A stretch of DNA of 64,000 bases from Oscillospiraceae bacterium (lineage in GTDB: Bacteria; Bacillota; Clostridia; Oscillospirales; Ruminococcaceae). Below the pieces are notes generated by a model. It did no database searches. It had not been told where the DNA came from and worked only from the letters and a program-made list of their open reading frames with translations. Within the stretch, counting starts at the first letter, position 1. Every line of letters begins with the position of its first letter. Shown here piece by piece: positions 38,390 through 47,504 of the stretch. Both the position numbers and the translations under genes were made by a program. The DNA is taken from positions 2,369 to 66,368 of the forward strand of contig JBJESD010000005.1 in assembly GCA_051882595.1 (NCBI GenBank), given 5' to 3'.

Positions 38390-39256
38390 TTAGTTAAAGG
38401 TTATCAGCTCTTCCCAGTTTTCGGGCATTCCCAGATGCTCGCGCCTTATAACATCGGCATTTTTGTGAATAAGCCTTGCAAGCGGTGTAACCACCTGAAG
38501 ATTCCAGTTGTTGTGGTCGTGATAAACCTGCTTCATAACGATTATGTAGCCGAAAACGTTGGGAAGCAGCTCGATATCCATTGTGCGCGGAGCTTTCGGC
38601 TCTACGGGGAATGTATTGCCATACAGCCTGTTGTAGTGGGCGCAGTAGTTGCGCAGCTCGTTAAGGCAGAATATCCAGTTATCCAGCTCGGAGCTTGAGC
38701 AGCCGTAGAATTGTTCCGCAAGCTCCTTTTTGTCGGCGTTCTGCATATCCTTGAAGAAGAATGCAAGCGTGCCGAAGCTGAACAGCTCCATTATTACCCA
38801 AAGCGGAAAGTCGCCGCGGTACTTGTTGTTGTAGTGACGCACAAACTCGCGATCCTCGTTCACCTCGACAAGATGCCGTATCTTGGACATAAACGCGTTG
38901 TGGTTATGCCTGAAATCAAAGCTTGAGCTGTTGAGATATCCCAGTGCGCCGTATTTCAGCGAGTGGTAGTTAGATATCGCGGCGCGCAGTGCTATCTCTA
39001 TCTCCTCAAGCGCTGCGATAAGGATGCTTCGCAGCTTTCTGTCGAACTCGTATACCCTGAGGATGTTTTCAAAGGTGGTGCCCTCTTCGTACCTATCCTT
39101 GCTGACGCAGAACGGCTTGAAGTAGTTGGAAAGGCGGAAATAGTTGATGTATTTCAGCGTTTCCTTTGCACGTTCCTCGTCCTCGATGATACAGCCGCGC
39201 TCGCGCAGCTTGTCGATCTGCTGTTGAAGTGTTGCAGGCAGCTTTTTCTTTGCCAT
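38390..39256 (-). CDS. Abi_2 (AbiD/AbiF-like) HEPN-superfamily abortive-infection protein
   Basis: GGAGG precedes the ATG at 39256. The N-terminus YINYFRLSNYFKPF and the LRNYCAHYNRL (R-x4-H) motif are characteristic of Abi_2. Confidence 0.8.
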   Translation of the reverse strand: MAKKKLPATLQQQIDKLRERGCIIEDEERAKETLKYINYFRLSNYFKPFCVSKDRYEEGTTFENILRVYEFDRKLRSILIAALEEIEIALRAAISNYHSLKYGALGYLNSSSFDFRHNHNAFMSKIRHLVEVNEDREFVRHYNNKYRGDFPLWVIMELFSFGTLAFFFKDMQNADKKELAEQFYGCSSSELDNWIFCLNELRNYCAHYNRLYGNTFPVEPKAPRTMDIELLPNVFGYIIVMKQVYHDHNNWNLQVVTPLARLIHKNADVIRREHLGMPENWEELITFN

Positions 39257-39293
39257 GTTGTCCTCCGATCCGGGCGGCACCGCATTGTGCTCA

Positions 39294-40295
39294 TCAATCC
39301 ATCCAGAATACTTCTCGCTCATGTCTGCTTTCTCTTGTCATCAGTGAAGAAATGCTGTGCTTCGGATTTGCGCCATTGTAGCATACATTTACTATCTCTT
39401 CAATTATCGGTGTGTCAATGCTGCGCTCTACAGCAAGGCGGTATGCTATCTTGCTGCTGGTGTAGCCCTCAACCGTGCCCACCTGTGCGACCGCCTCCGC
39501 CGCAGGTGTTCCGCTGCCGATAAGAAAACCTGCGCGGTAGTTCCTGCTGTGCTGCGATGTGCAGGTAACGATAAGGTCGCCTATTCCTGCCATTCCCGTA
39601 AAGGTCTTCCAGTTTGCGCCCAGCGCAACGCCAAGGCGCGTTATCTCGGTCATGCCTCTTGTCATCAGCGCTGCTACGGTATTATCGCCAAGATTCATGC
39701 CTCTGGCGATGCCGCATCCCAGTGCGATAGGATTTTTAAGCACGCCGCCCAGCTCGCAGCCTGCAACGTCATCATTAAGATATATTCTGTATCTCTCGTT
39801 TGAAAGCGTTTGCTGTATATATTTCGCTGTTTCCGTATCATATGCGGCGCACACCTCGGTCGTGGGCACAAGCCTTGCTATTTCCTCTGCATGGCACGGA
39901 CCGGTGATAACTCCTATCTGATTGTCGGGAAGCTCCTCGGCAAGTATCTGCGACAGGCGGTTGCCCGTGTCTGCCTCAAGGCCCTTGCTTACATTGATAA
40001 CAACGGTGCTTTTGTCGATGTGAGCCTTTGCAAGCCTTACAGTATCGCGGTAAAACGGCGAGGGAATAGCCACCACCACCATATCCGCGCCGCTTACGCA
40101 GCTTATGTCCGTGGTAACTCCGAGCGCGTCGGGAAGCTTTACCCCGGGAAGCAGCCTTTTATGCTCGCGCTGAGTGCGCAGCTGCTCTGCCTCCTCCTCG
40201 AACTTTGTCCATGTTATTACCTCGTGTCCGTAGGTGCTGTACAGCACGCCGAGAGCTGTGCCGTATCCGCAGCCGAGTATTGCTATCTTTGCCAT
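39294..40295 (-). CDS. gpsA: NAD(P)H-dependent glycerol-3-phosphate dehydrogenase
   Basis: MAKIAILGCGYGTA Rossmann start and typical GpsA motifs (GVLKNPIALGCG, GDLIVTCTS). Confidence 0.95.
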   Translation of the reverse strand: MAKIAILGCGYGTALGVLYSTYGHEVITWTKFEEEAEQLRTQREHKRLLPGVKLPDALGVTTDISCVSGADMVVVAIPSPFYRDTVRLAKAHIDKSTVVINVSKGLEADTGNRLSQILAEELPDNQIGVITGPCHAEEIARLVPTTEVCAAYDTETAKYIQQTLSNERYRIYLNDDVAGCELGGVLKNPIALGCGIARGMNLGDNTVAALMTRGMTEITRLGVALGANWKTFTGMAGIGDLIVTCTSQHSRNYRAGFLIGSGTPAAEAVAQVGTVEGYTSSKIAYRLAVERSIDTPIIEEIVNVCYNGANPKHSISSLMTRESRHEREVFWMD

Positions 40296-40309
40296 TGCGC
40301 GACCTCCTG

Positions 40310-40972
40310 TTACTTTGATTTTTCGCCCAGCTTCTTTTCAGTGTGGTTAAGAAGCCTCTGTATATTTCCGCGGTGCATATAGATGATGATACCGCCGGTA
40401 AAGCCGGCAACTATCGCATTTGCAATGCCTGCGGCGTCCTTGTCGATGAAGTAAGAGAACATAAGCGCAGTAAACACAAACAATGAGGAAGCAACGCACG
40501 AGCCAAGCGAAACATATCGCGTAATAGCCACAAGAATAATGAATACTCCAAGCAGTATCACAGCACTTCTCCAGTCAAGGGTGAATATCGCAGAGATGGC
40601 AGCAAGCACTCCCTTGCCGCCCTTGAAGCCGTAGTAAACCGGATAGATATGTCCCAAAACCGTCATTAGTACCGACATATAGCCGACCCAGCTCATTCCG
40701 CCTGCCGCGTCGGTGATATCAACGCCGCCGATAAGCAGAAACGAAAACCTTACAGCAAGCACCGCAAGCACCGCCTTAGCAACATCCCCAAGCAGCACAA
40801 TTCCTGCGATTGCCTTTCCCTGCGTGCGCAGCGTGTTTGTAAGTCCGGCGTTTCCGCTGCCCATTGTGCGTATGTCCTTGCCCGTTTTTATCCTTGTGAT
40901 GATTATAGAGGTGTTAATGCCGCCGAGAAGATACGGCACAACAAGCATGATGATATAACAGATCCATTCCAT
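40310..40972 (-). CDS. plsY: Glycerol-3-phosphate acyltransferase PlsY
   Basis: The YLLGGINTS, GSGNAGLTN and FKGGKGV motifs are present, with about 5-6 TM segments. Confidence 0.95.
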   Translation of the reverse strand: MEWICYIIMLVVPYLLGGINTSIIITRIKTGKDIRTMGSGNAGLTNTLRTQGKAIAGIVLLGDVAKAVLAVLAVRFSFLLIGGVDITDAAGGMSWVGYMSVLMTVLGHIYPVYYGFKGGKGVLAAISAIFTLDWRSAVILLGVFIILVAITRYVSLGSCVASSLFVFTALMFSYFIDKDAAGIANAIVAGFTGGIIIYMHRGNIQRLLNHTEKKLGEKSK

Positions 40973-40978
40973 GGTCGT

Positions 40979-41518
40979 TTATTCTGTCCTTTCGGGTGAA
41001 ATGATTTTTATTCCGGGGTTTTTGCCGCGCAGGAATGCCAGCGCGACAGCATTTGTGCCGTAGTCTGTAAACGGCATGGTTATCGGCTTTTTGTATCCGT
41101 TTACCGTAAGCCTGAGACGCGCGCCGTATTTTTCTATCGCCAGTACATCGGAATATCGCAGAAGATAAAGCTTTTCAACACTGTAAAAAACGAAATGGTT
41201 CTCCATGTACCGATGACCGTCAACACATTTTGCGTTAGGGTATTCCGCAAGTATCTCGTTTCGTTCTTCCTCGCGCATTTCATTCAGATGCTTTTTCAGC
41301 TTACGAGGAGTGAAAACGAAGATATCAGCGATCGTCAGCAGCACCATTATTTCAGCAAATACAGCCAGTATGACCAGCAGCCTGCCAAGCGCGGAATCCC
41401 ATCTGCCTGCGTTGATAATGTTTAATACGCAGTGTGTCGGCAGCAGCACTGCCAGACCGACGCTTGAAACGATCATTCCACGGCACTGCCTGCGATGATC
41501 GGATAATATCTGCTTCAT
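40979..41518 (-). CDS. Membrane protein of unknown function inserted between der and plsY
   Basis: The start overlaps the der stop (GTGATG). It has two TM helices and then a soluble beta-rich domain. Confidence 0.6.
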   Translation of the reverse strand: MKQILSDHRRQCRGMIVSSVGLAVLLPTHCVLNIINAGRWDSALGRLLVILAVFAEIMVLLTIADIFVFTPRKLKKHLNEMREEERNEILAEYPNAKCVDGHRYMENHFVFYSVEKLYLLRYSDVLAIEKYGARLRLTVNGYKKPITMPFTDYGTNAVALAFLRGKNPGIKIISPERTE

Positions 41519-42834
41519 CACTCGCCTCTTTCGCGCACCGTTATCTTGATGGGCGTAGCCTCAAGCCCGAATGTATCGCGTATCTGATTTTCTATATATC
41601 TCTGGTAGGAGTAGTGGAAAAGCTCCTTGCTGTTGCAGAAAACCACAAAATTCGGGGGATTTGTGCTCGCCTGAGTCATATAGTAAAGCTTAAGCCGCTT
41701 GCCTTTATCGGAGGGCGGCTGTACCCTTGATGTGGCATAACTCAGCATATCGTTAAGCACACCCGTAGAAATGCGTATGCAGTGCTGCTCGTGCACATAC
41801 TTTATCATATCGAACAGCTTATCCACGCGCTGACCCGTCTTTGCCGAGATGAAAACAAACGGCGCATAGGACATAAAGGAGAAGTCCACCTCAAGCTTTT
41901 TCCTGAACTCGTTCATGGTCTTGTCGGTCTTGTCCTCAACGGCGTCCCACTTGTTGACCGCGATAACGCACGCCTTGCCCTTGTCGTGAGCATAGCCTGC
42001 TACCTTGCTGTCCTGCTCGGTGAAGCCTACGGTCGCGTCGATAACGATTACGCAGACATCCGCCCTGTCCACCGCCATAAGCGCACGCAGCACGCTGAAA
42101 TGCTCGATGTTTTCCGTTACCTTTGCCTTGCGGCGCATACCGGCGGTATCAATGAAGATGAATTTCTCGCCGTTTCTTTCTACCGTTGAGTCGATAGCGT
42201 CGCGTGTAGTGCCTGCTATATCGGATACGATAGAGCGCTCCTCGCCTGCGATGTAGTTGATAAGCGAGGATTTTCCCACATTCGGCTTGCCTATAACGGC
42301 AACCTTTATTGCGTCCTCTTCATAGTCGTCGCCCTCGTCGGGGGGAAGCTGGTCAAACACCGCCTCAAGCAGGTCGCCCGTGCCGTGTCCGTGCACCGAG
42401 GATACCGCGATAGGATCGCCCAGACCGAGGTTGTAGAACTCGTATATCTCGGGCGGCGGCTCGCCGATACCGTCCACCTTGTTTACGGCAAGCACGACAG
42501 GCTTGCCGCTTTTCATAAGCATAGCCGCTACATCGCTGTCGTTCGCCGTTACGCCTGTTGTGATATCCGTGACAAAGATGATAGCGTCCGCACGCTCTAT
42601 CGCAAGCATTGCCTGCTCTCTCATCTGGGCAAGGATAACATCGTCCGTCTTTGGCTCGATGCCTCCCGTGTCTATCAGCATGAACTCCTTGTCCAGCCAT
42701 TCGCACCTGCTGTATATTCTGTCGCGCGTAACGCCCGGCTTGTCATCCACTATGGACAGGCGCTTGCCGACAAGCTTGTTGAATAGTGTGGATTTGCCGA
42801 CATTGGGGCGTCCCACGATTGCTACTACCTGCAT
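41518..42834 (-). CDS. der: Ribosome-biogenesis GTPase Der (EngA)
   Basis: Two tandem G domains (GRPNVGKST and GKPNVGKSS) and a KH-like C-terminus. Confidence 0.97.
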   Translation of the reverse strand: MQVVAIVGRPNVGKSTLFNKLVGKRLSIVDDKPGVTRDRIYSRCEWLDKEFMLIDTGGIEPKTDDVILAQMREQAMLAIERADAIIFVTDITTGVTANDSDVAAMLMKSGKPVVLAVNKVDGIGEPPPEIYEFYNLGLGDPIAVSSVHGHGTGDLLEAVFDQLPPDEGDDYEEDAIKVAVIGKPNVGKSSLINYIAGEERSIVSDIAGTTRDAIDSTVERNGEKFIFIDTAGMRRKAKVTENIEHFSVLRALMAVDRADVCVIVIDATVGFTEQDSKVAGYAHDKGKACVIAVNKWDAVEDKTDKTMNEFRKKLEVDFSFMSYAPFVFISAKTGQRVDKLFDMIKYVHEQHCIRISTGVLNDMLSYATSRVQPPSDKGKRLKLYYMTQASTNPPNFVVFCNSKELFHYSYQRYIENQIRDTFGLEATPIKITVRERGE

Positions 42835-43503
42835 ATATTACATCCTTTCGTTCTTCGTTCAAAATAACCCAAACATAATTATACTATTATAGTATATCAC
42901 GGCAAAGCTATTTTTTCAAGCCAAAACCGCATTTTTCATAAAAAAAGAGAAGAAAACATCACGATGTCAAAAAACCTATAAATATAGCGCGTAGCGAGTA
43001 GAAGTTTTCGCTCAGGTCTTTTGAAAAAGACGGCAGGGTGTGGGGGAAAAACAAGAGTTTTTCCCCCACAAGCAGCTTTATAGTATGTTTCGACTTTTCC
43101 AACTGAACATCCCGACTGCACAGCGAGGGCACAAGACTATATCGCCATATTGTGAATGCTTCCATCGGATTTGCGGGAAAACGGATTGCGTTACAAGCCA
43201 AACGACCCGGGAGTGCAGATTCCCGGGTCGTCCAGCAGTATTGCGCCGCAGTGAAAAATAGGAGGAAAACACTGCGGCAGTGATGTACGCGGAAGTCTTT
43301 GCCTTTCCGCTGCAAAAGGGGCGGCGGAAAACGCGCGATACTGTCCGATCCGGCAGCCGCGTTCTGTCATCGCAGCCGCCGATGATATATGTAAACCGCC
43401 TTAGCGGATGTCTTGTTATGATATTACACCACAATTGTGAAACAACTATATATTTTGTGTGAAAAATAAGCGAAGTTTTAGCGAATAACTGTGAATTCAG
43501 CGC

Positions 43504-43532
43504 TTTACAACAGCCCGGGTTTGTGGTATAAT
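43504..43532 (+). promoter_or_regulatory. sigma-A promoter of the aminotransferase-trpS operon
   Basis: TTTACA, a 17-nt spacer, then TATAAT with TGG (extended -10). Confidence 0.55.
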
Positions 43533-43651
43533 CAATATTGGACAACACCGTAAATTCCGGGCTGCCGACTTTTTGCGCCCGTAATTATGCGGTATCGCCG
43601 CCAGAATTCAGGCGGCTTGTGCTGTAACTACATCAGACAGGAGAATATATT

Positions 43652-44839
43652 ATGTACAAACAGTTTTCAGATAAGGTTTTATCCTTACAGCCATCGGCTA
43701 TCCGTGAGATATTAAAGTTCACCGCCGACCCTACCGTAATCAGCTTTGCGGCAGGCAACCCCGCTCCCGAGGCGTTCCCCACCGATATCATCGCAAAGCT
43801 CTCCGCAGATATCTTAGCCGAGGAGCCTATCAACGCCCTCCAGTATTCCATCACCGAGGGCTATCCCAAGCTTATCGAGTGGCTTAAGAACGACCTCTCC
43901 AAAAAAGGATTTTTCAAGGAGGGCGACAATCTTGTTATAACCTCCGGTGCGCAGCAGGCTATCGAAACCACCGCCAAGATACTCTGCAACGAGGGCGATG
44001 TGATCATCTGCGAGGATCCTGCTTTCATCGGTTCGCTCAACGCGTTCCGCTCCTACGGTGTAAAGCTTGTCGGAATACCCATGGACAGCGACGGAATGAT
44101 AATGGACGAGCTTGAGGCTGCCCTCAAGGCTAACCCCACCACAAAATTCATCTACACCATCCCCAACTTCCAGAACCCCACCGGCAAGACCTCCACTCTT
44201 GAGCGCAGAAAGCAGATGCTGGAGCTCGCAAAGAAGTACGGAGTTTATATCGTAGAGGACAATCCCTACGGCGCTCTGCGCTTCGCAGGCGAAGACGTAA
44301 CAAATATCAAGGAGATAGACGACAGCAAGCACGTTATTTACTGCGGAAGCTTTTCCAAGACCCTCGCACCCGGTCTGCGCGTAGGCTATCTGCTTGGCGA
44401 CGCAGAGATCATCGCAAAGGCTACCGTTGGCTTGCAGACAAGCACAGTGCACACCAACATCTGGGCACAGATGCTGACCTATCGCTTCCTTACCACCGTT
44501 GACTTTGACCAGCACCTTGCAAGACTTCGCAGCATTTACCGCAGCAAGTGCAAGCTGATGCTGGACGGTCTTAAAGCGGAGCTTCCCGACTTCATCGAGC
44601 TGACAAATCCCGAGGGCGGACTTTTCATCTGGGGAACTCTTCCCGAAAAGTACAACATGAACGAGTTCTGCACCGAGGTGGTTCACCGCAAGGTCGCACT
44701 CGTTCCCGGAAACGCATTCACCGCCGACCAGAATGCAGTATCCCACAGCTTCCGCATGAACTTCTCGACGCCTACCGACGAGCAGATCATCAAGGGCGTA
44801 CAGATACTCGGTCAGGCTGCAAGAGAGATACTGCGGTAA
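43652..44839 (+). CDS. PLP-dependent aminotransferase, class I/II
   Basis: AGGAG RBS, 395 aa. The SFSKTLAPGLRVGY motif carries the PLP lysine, and the fold-type I layout is typical. Confidence 0.88.
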   Translation: MYKQFSDKVLSLQPSAIREILKFTADPTVISFAAGNPAPEAFPTDIIAKLSADILAEEPINALQYSITEGYPKLIEWLKNDLSKKGFFKEGDNLVITSGAQQAIETTAKILCNEGDVIICEDPAFIGSLNAFRSYGVKLVGIPMDSDGMIMDELEAALKANPTTKFIYTIPNFQNPTGKTSTLERRKQMLELAKKYGVYIVEDNPYGALRFAGEDVTNIKEIDDSKHVIYCGSFSKTLAPGLRVGYLLGDAEIIAKATVGLQTSTVHTNIWAQMLTYRFLTTVDFDQHLARLRSIYRSKCKLMLDGLKAELPDFIELTNPEGGLFIWGTLPEKYNMNEFCTEVVHRKVALVPGNAFTADQNAVSHSFRMNFSTPTDEQIIKGVQILGQAAREILR

Positions 44840-44884
44840 TAAATTCATATAGGTGACAGCACCGCACCTATGAAAGGAAATACA

Positions 44885-45883
44885 ATGCAAGAACAGAAAA
44901 AAAAGATATTCAGCGGCATTCAGCCGACTAACACTCCTCATCTCGGAAATTATCTCGGAGCAATGGTAAACTGGGTAAAGCTTCAGGATGAGTACGACTG
45001 CACATACAGTATCGTAGACCTGCACTCCATCACCGTAAGACAGGACCCCGTAAAGCTTCGCGCACAGATAAAGGAAAGCTACGCGCTGCTTATCGCAATG
45101 GGTCTCGATCCGGAGAAATCCACGCTTTTCGTTCAGAGCCACAACCCTCAGCACGCAGAGCTCAGCTGGATACTCTCCTGCTACACGCAGTTCGGCGAGC
45201 TGTCCAGAATGACCCAGTTCAAGGATAAGTCCGCAAAGTATGCCGACAACATCAACGCAGGACTGTTTACATATCCCGTGCTTATGGCGGCGGATATCCT
45301 GCTTTATCAGGCTGACCTTGTTCCGGTCGGCATAGACCAGAAGCAGCACCTTGAGCTTGCCAGAAATATCGCCCAGCGCTTTAACGGCGTATACGGAGAG
45401 ACCTTTACCATGCCCGAGCCGTACATCACCCAGACAACAGCAAAGGTAATGTCGCTTCAGGAGCCCACCAAAAAGATGTCAAAATCCGACGAGAACCCCA
45501 ACGCCTCGGTATGGGTGCTGGATGACAGGGATACCATCATCCGCAAGTTCAAGCGCGCAGTCACCGACAGCGAAGCCGAGGTGTGCGCAAGAGAGGGCAA
45601 GGACGGCATAATCAACCTGATGTCCATCTACTCCGCCGTTACCGGCAAGAGCTTTGAGGAAATCGAGTCGGAGTTCAGCGGAAAGGGCTACGGCGAGTTC
45701 AAGCTTGCAGTAGGCGAGGCGACCGCAGATATGCTCGCCCCCATGCAGTCGGAGTTCAAGCGCATTTCCGGCGACAAGGCTTATCTCGAGACCTGCATGA
45801 AGCAGGGCGCCGAAAAGGCATACAAGTCCACAAGAAAGACCCTGCAAAAAGCGCAGAAAAAGGTTGGATTTATGGTTCTGTAA
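44885..45883 (+). CDS. trpS: Tryptophan--tRNA ligase
   Basis: FSGIQPT..PHLGNYLGA (HIGH-type) and KMSKS motifs. The ATG at 44870 is an alternative start. Confidence 0.95.
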   Translation: MQEQKKKIFSGIQPTNTPHLGNYLGAMVNWVKLQDEYDCTYSIVDLHSITVRQDPVKLRAQIKESYALLIAMGLDPEKSTLFVQSHNPQHAELSWILSCYTQFGELSRMTQFKDKSAKYADNINAGLFTYPVLMAADILLYQADLVPVGIDQKQHLELARNIAQRFNGVYGETFTMPEPYITQTTAKVMSLQEPTKKMSKSDENPNASVWVLDDRDTIIRKFKRAVTDSEAEVCAREGKDGIINLMSIYSAVTGKSFEEIESEFSGKGYGEFKLAVGEATADMLAPMQSEFKRISGDKAYLETCMKQGAEKAYKSTRKTLQKAQKKVGFMVL

Positions 45884-46092
45884 AATCTAGCCGGCTTCTG
45901 CAGCGGCAAGATATATCCGACATATTCTGATTTAGTCATATTACACGAAATTGCGCATACTCATTGAAGAAATAGCTGTGAATATTTACAAAAATTCAGG
46001 TTATTCAAAATTTACTATTGCATTTTCGTGTGATTTCTGCTAAAATAATATACGTTACTGAAAAAAACACACTAGAGAGGTAGGTGCTTCAA

Positions 46093-46281
46093 ATGGCAAA
46101 GTGCGAAATCTGCGGCAAGGGCGTAGTATTCGGCATCAAGATGTCTCACTCCCACAGACGCAGCAACAGAACATTCAAGCCCAACGTTAAGAAGGTTAAG
46201 GCTATCGTTAACGGTACTCCTTGCAGAGTAAATGCCTGCACACGCTGCCTGCGTTCCGGTCTTGTACAGAGAGCTATCTAA
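46093..46281 (+). CDS. rpmB: 50S ribosomal protein L28
   Basis: MAKCEICGKG..FG..SHSHRRSNRTFKPN is the canonical L28 sequence. GAGAGG RBS. Confidence 0.95.
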   Translation: MAKCEICGKGVVFGIKMSHSHRRSNRTFKPNVKKVKAIVNGTPCRVNACTRCLRSGLVQRAI

Positions 46282-46616
46282 TAACTTGTAACAGAAGTTA
46301 TACTTTTTTACAAAATTTATTACCCCTGTCCGCAATAGTGGATGGGGGCTTTCTGTTGCCGCACATTTACCCCTTGACAAATCGTGCGAATAGGAGTAAA
46401 CTTTATCATAAGATGACTTATAGGAACCTCTAAAAACCTCCTTCACGGCTGATTTGCTATGACAGCCGCCATCTACTTCGTTGCAAAACCTTGAAATACA
46501 TCCAGTATTACTGCGGTTTGTGCGCCTCGTATCCGGCAACTGTCATGTACTCAAATCCGCTCGTGTCCCGGTTTTTAGAGAACCCCGACTATATTATACG
46601 AAAGTGAGGTCATATC

Positions 46617-47504
46617 TTGGTAAGTATACGCAATTTAACAAAAAGATACGACGCGGTGTCCGTCCTGCGCGGACTTAACATGAACATAAACCGCGGAGAT
46701 GTCTATGGCTTCCTCGGCCGCAACGGAAGCGGCAAGACAACTACCATGAACATAATCACCAACATCATCCCCAAGGACAGCGGCGAGATAATTCTCGGGG
46801 AAGGTCAGCCCGTTACCGTGGGATATCTGCCCGAAAGCCCGGTTATCTACGGCTATATGACAGCTAAGGAGTATCTGGAGTATATCGCATACTGCTGCAG
46901 ATACAGCGGTAATATTGATAAGCGCGTTGATCAGGTGCTTGATATTATCGGTCTGTCGGCTTCGCGCAATATGCGCGCCAAGACCTTTTCGCGCGGAATG
47001 ACCCAGAGATTGGGCATGGGCGCGGCAATCATCGGAAACCCCGAGCTGCTGCTGTTTGACGAGCCTACCTCCGCGCTTGACCCTCAGGGCAGAACAGAGG
47101 TAATCGAAATAATCAACAACCTTAAAAGCACCGGCGCAACCATTATCCTCTCCACTCATATTCTGCATGATGTAGAGCGCGTTGCAAACAGGATCGGAAT
47201 AATGAACAACGGCATTATCGCCGAAGAGGGCGATATCGCCGACCTGCTGAAAAAATACGGCGCTTCCCGTATAACAATGCACATCCGCGACCTTACTCAC
47301 GAGAACAAGCTCAAGCTTCTCGGCGTGGATTTTGCCGCCGCTGCGTTCGACTCGAACAGCGCTGCCTTTACCTTCAGTGCACAGGATATTGACGACTGCA
47401 CTCAGCGCCTGCTTCGCCTGCTGGCAGATGAGCAGATCATTCCGCTGGATATCTCCGTAGGCGCAGCGTCGCTTGAAGAAGTTTACAGAAAGGTGGTGGG
47501 CTGA
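46617..47504 (+). CDS. ABC transporter ATP-binding protein (ABC-2 / bacitracin-type exporter class)
   Basis: TTG start after GAGG. Walker A GRNGSGKTT, signature FSRGMTQRL, Walker B LLLFDEPTSALD. Confidence 0.9.
   Translation: MVSIRNLTKRYDAVSVLRGLNMNINRGDVYGFLGRNGSGKTTTMNIITNIIPKDSGEIILGEGQPVTVGYLPESPVIYGYMTAKEYLEYIAYCCRYSGNIDKRVDQVLDIIGLSASRNMRAKTFSRGMTQRLGMGAAIIGNPELLLFDEPTSALDPQGRTEVIEIINNLKSTGATIILSTHILHDVERVANRIGIMNNGIIAEEGDIADLLKKYGASRITMHIRDLTHENKLKLLGVDFAAAAFDSNSAAFTFSAQDIDDCTQRLLRLLADEQIIPLDISVGAASLEEVYRKVVG

Noticed and set aside
42925-43503. RNase P RNA, tmRNA, SRP RNA or 6S RNA in the long GC-rich spacer
   Set aside because: Both strands were checked by eye. There is no GGAAAGTCC/ACAGAACCCGGCTTA pair in the correct order, although GACAGAACGCGGCTG occurs on the minus strand without the 5' partner. 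There is no tRNA-like CCACCA end with a T-arm. There is no SRP domain-IV GGAA-tetraloop motif.
42925-43650. T-box leader for the aminotransferase-trpS operon
   Set aside because: A T-box is expected upstream of trpS in Firmicutes. No T-box core (GGGTGGTACCGCG-like), no AGAGA/GNUGGNA stem-I motifs and no terminator directly before the RBS were found. The mapped promoter leaves only about 115 nt of leader.
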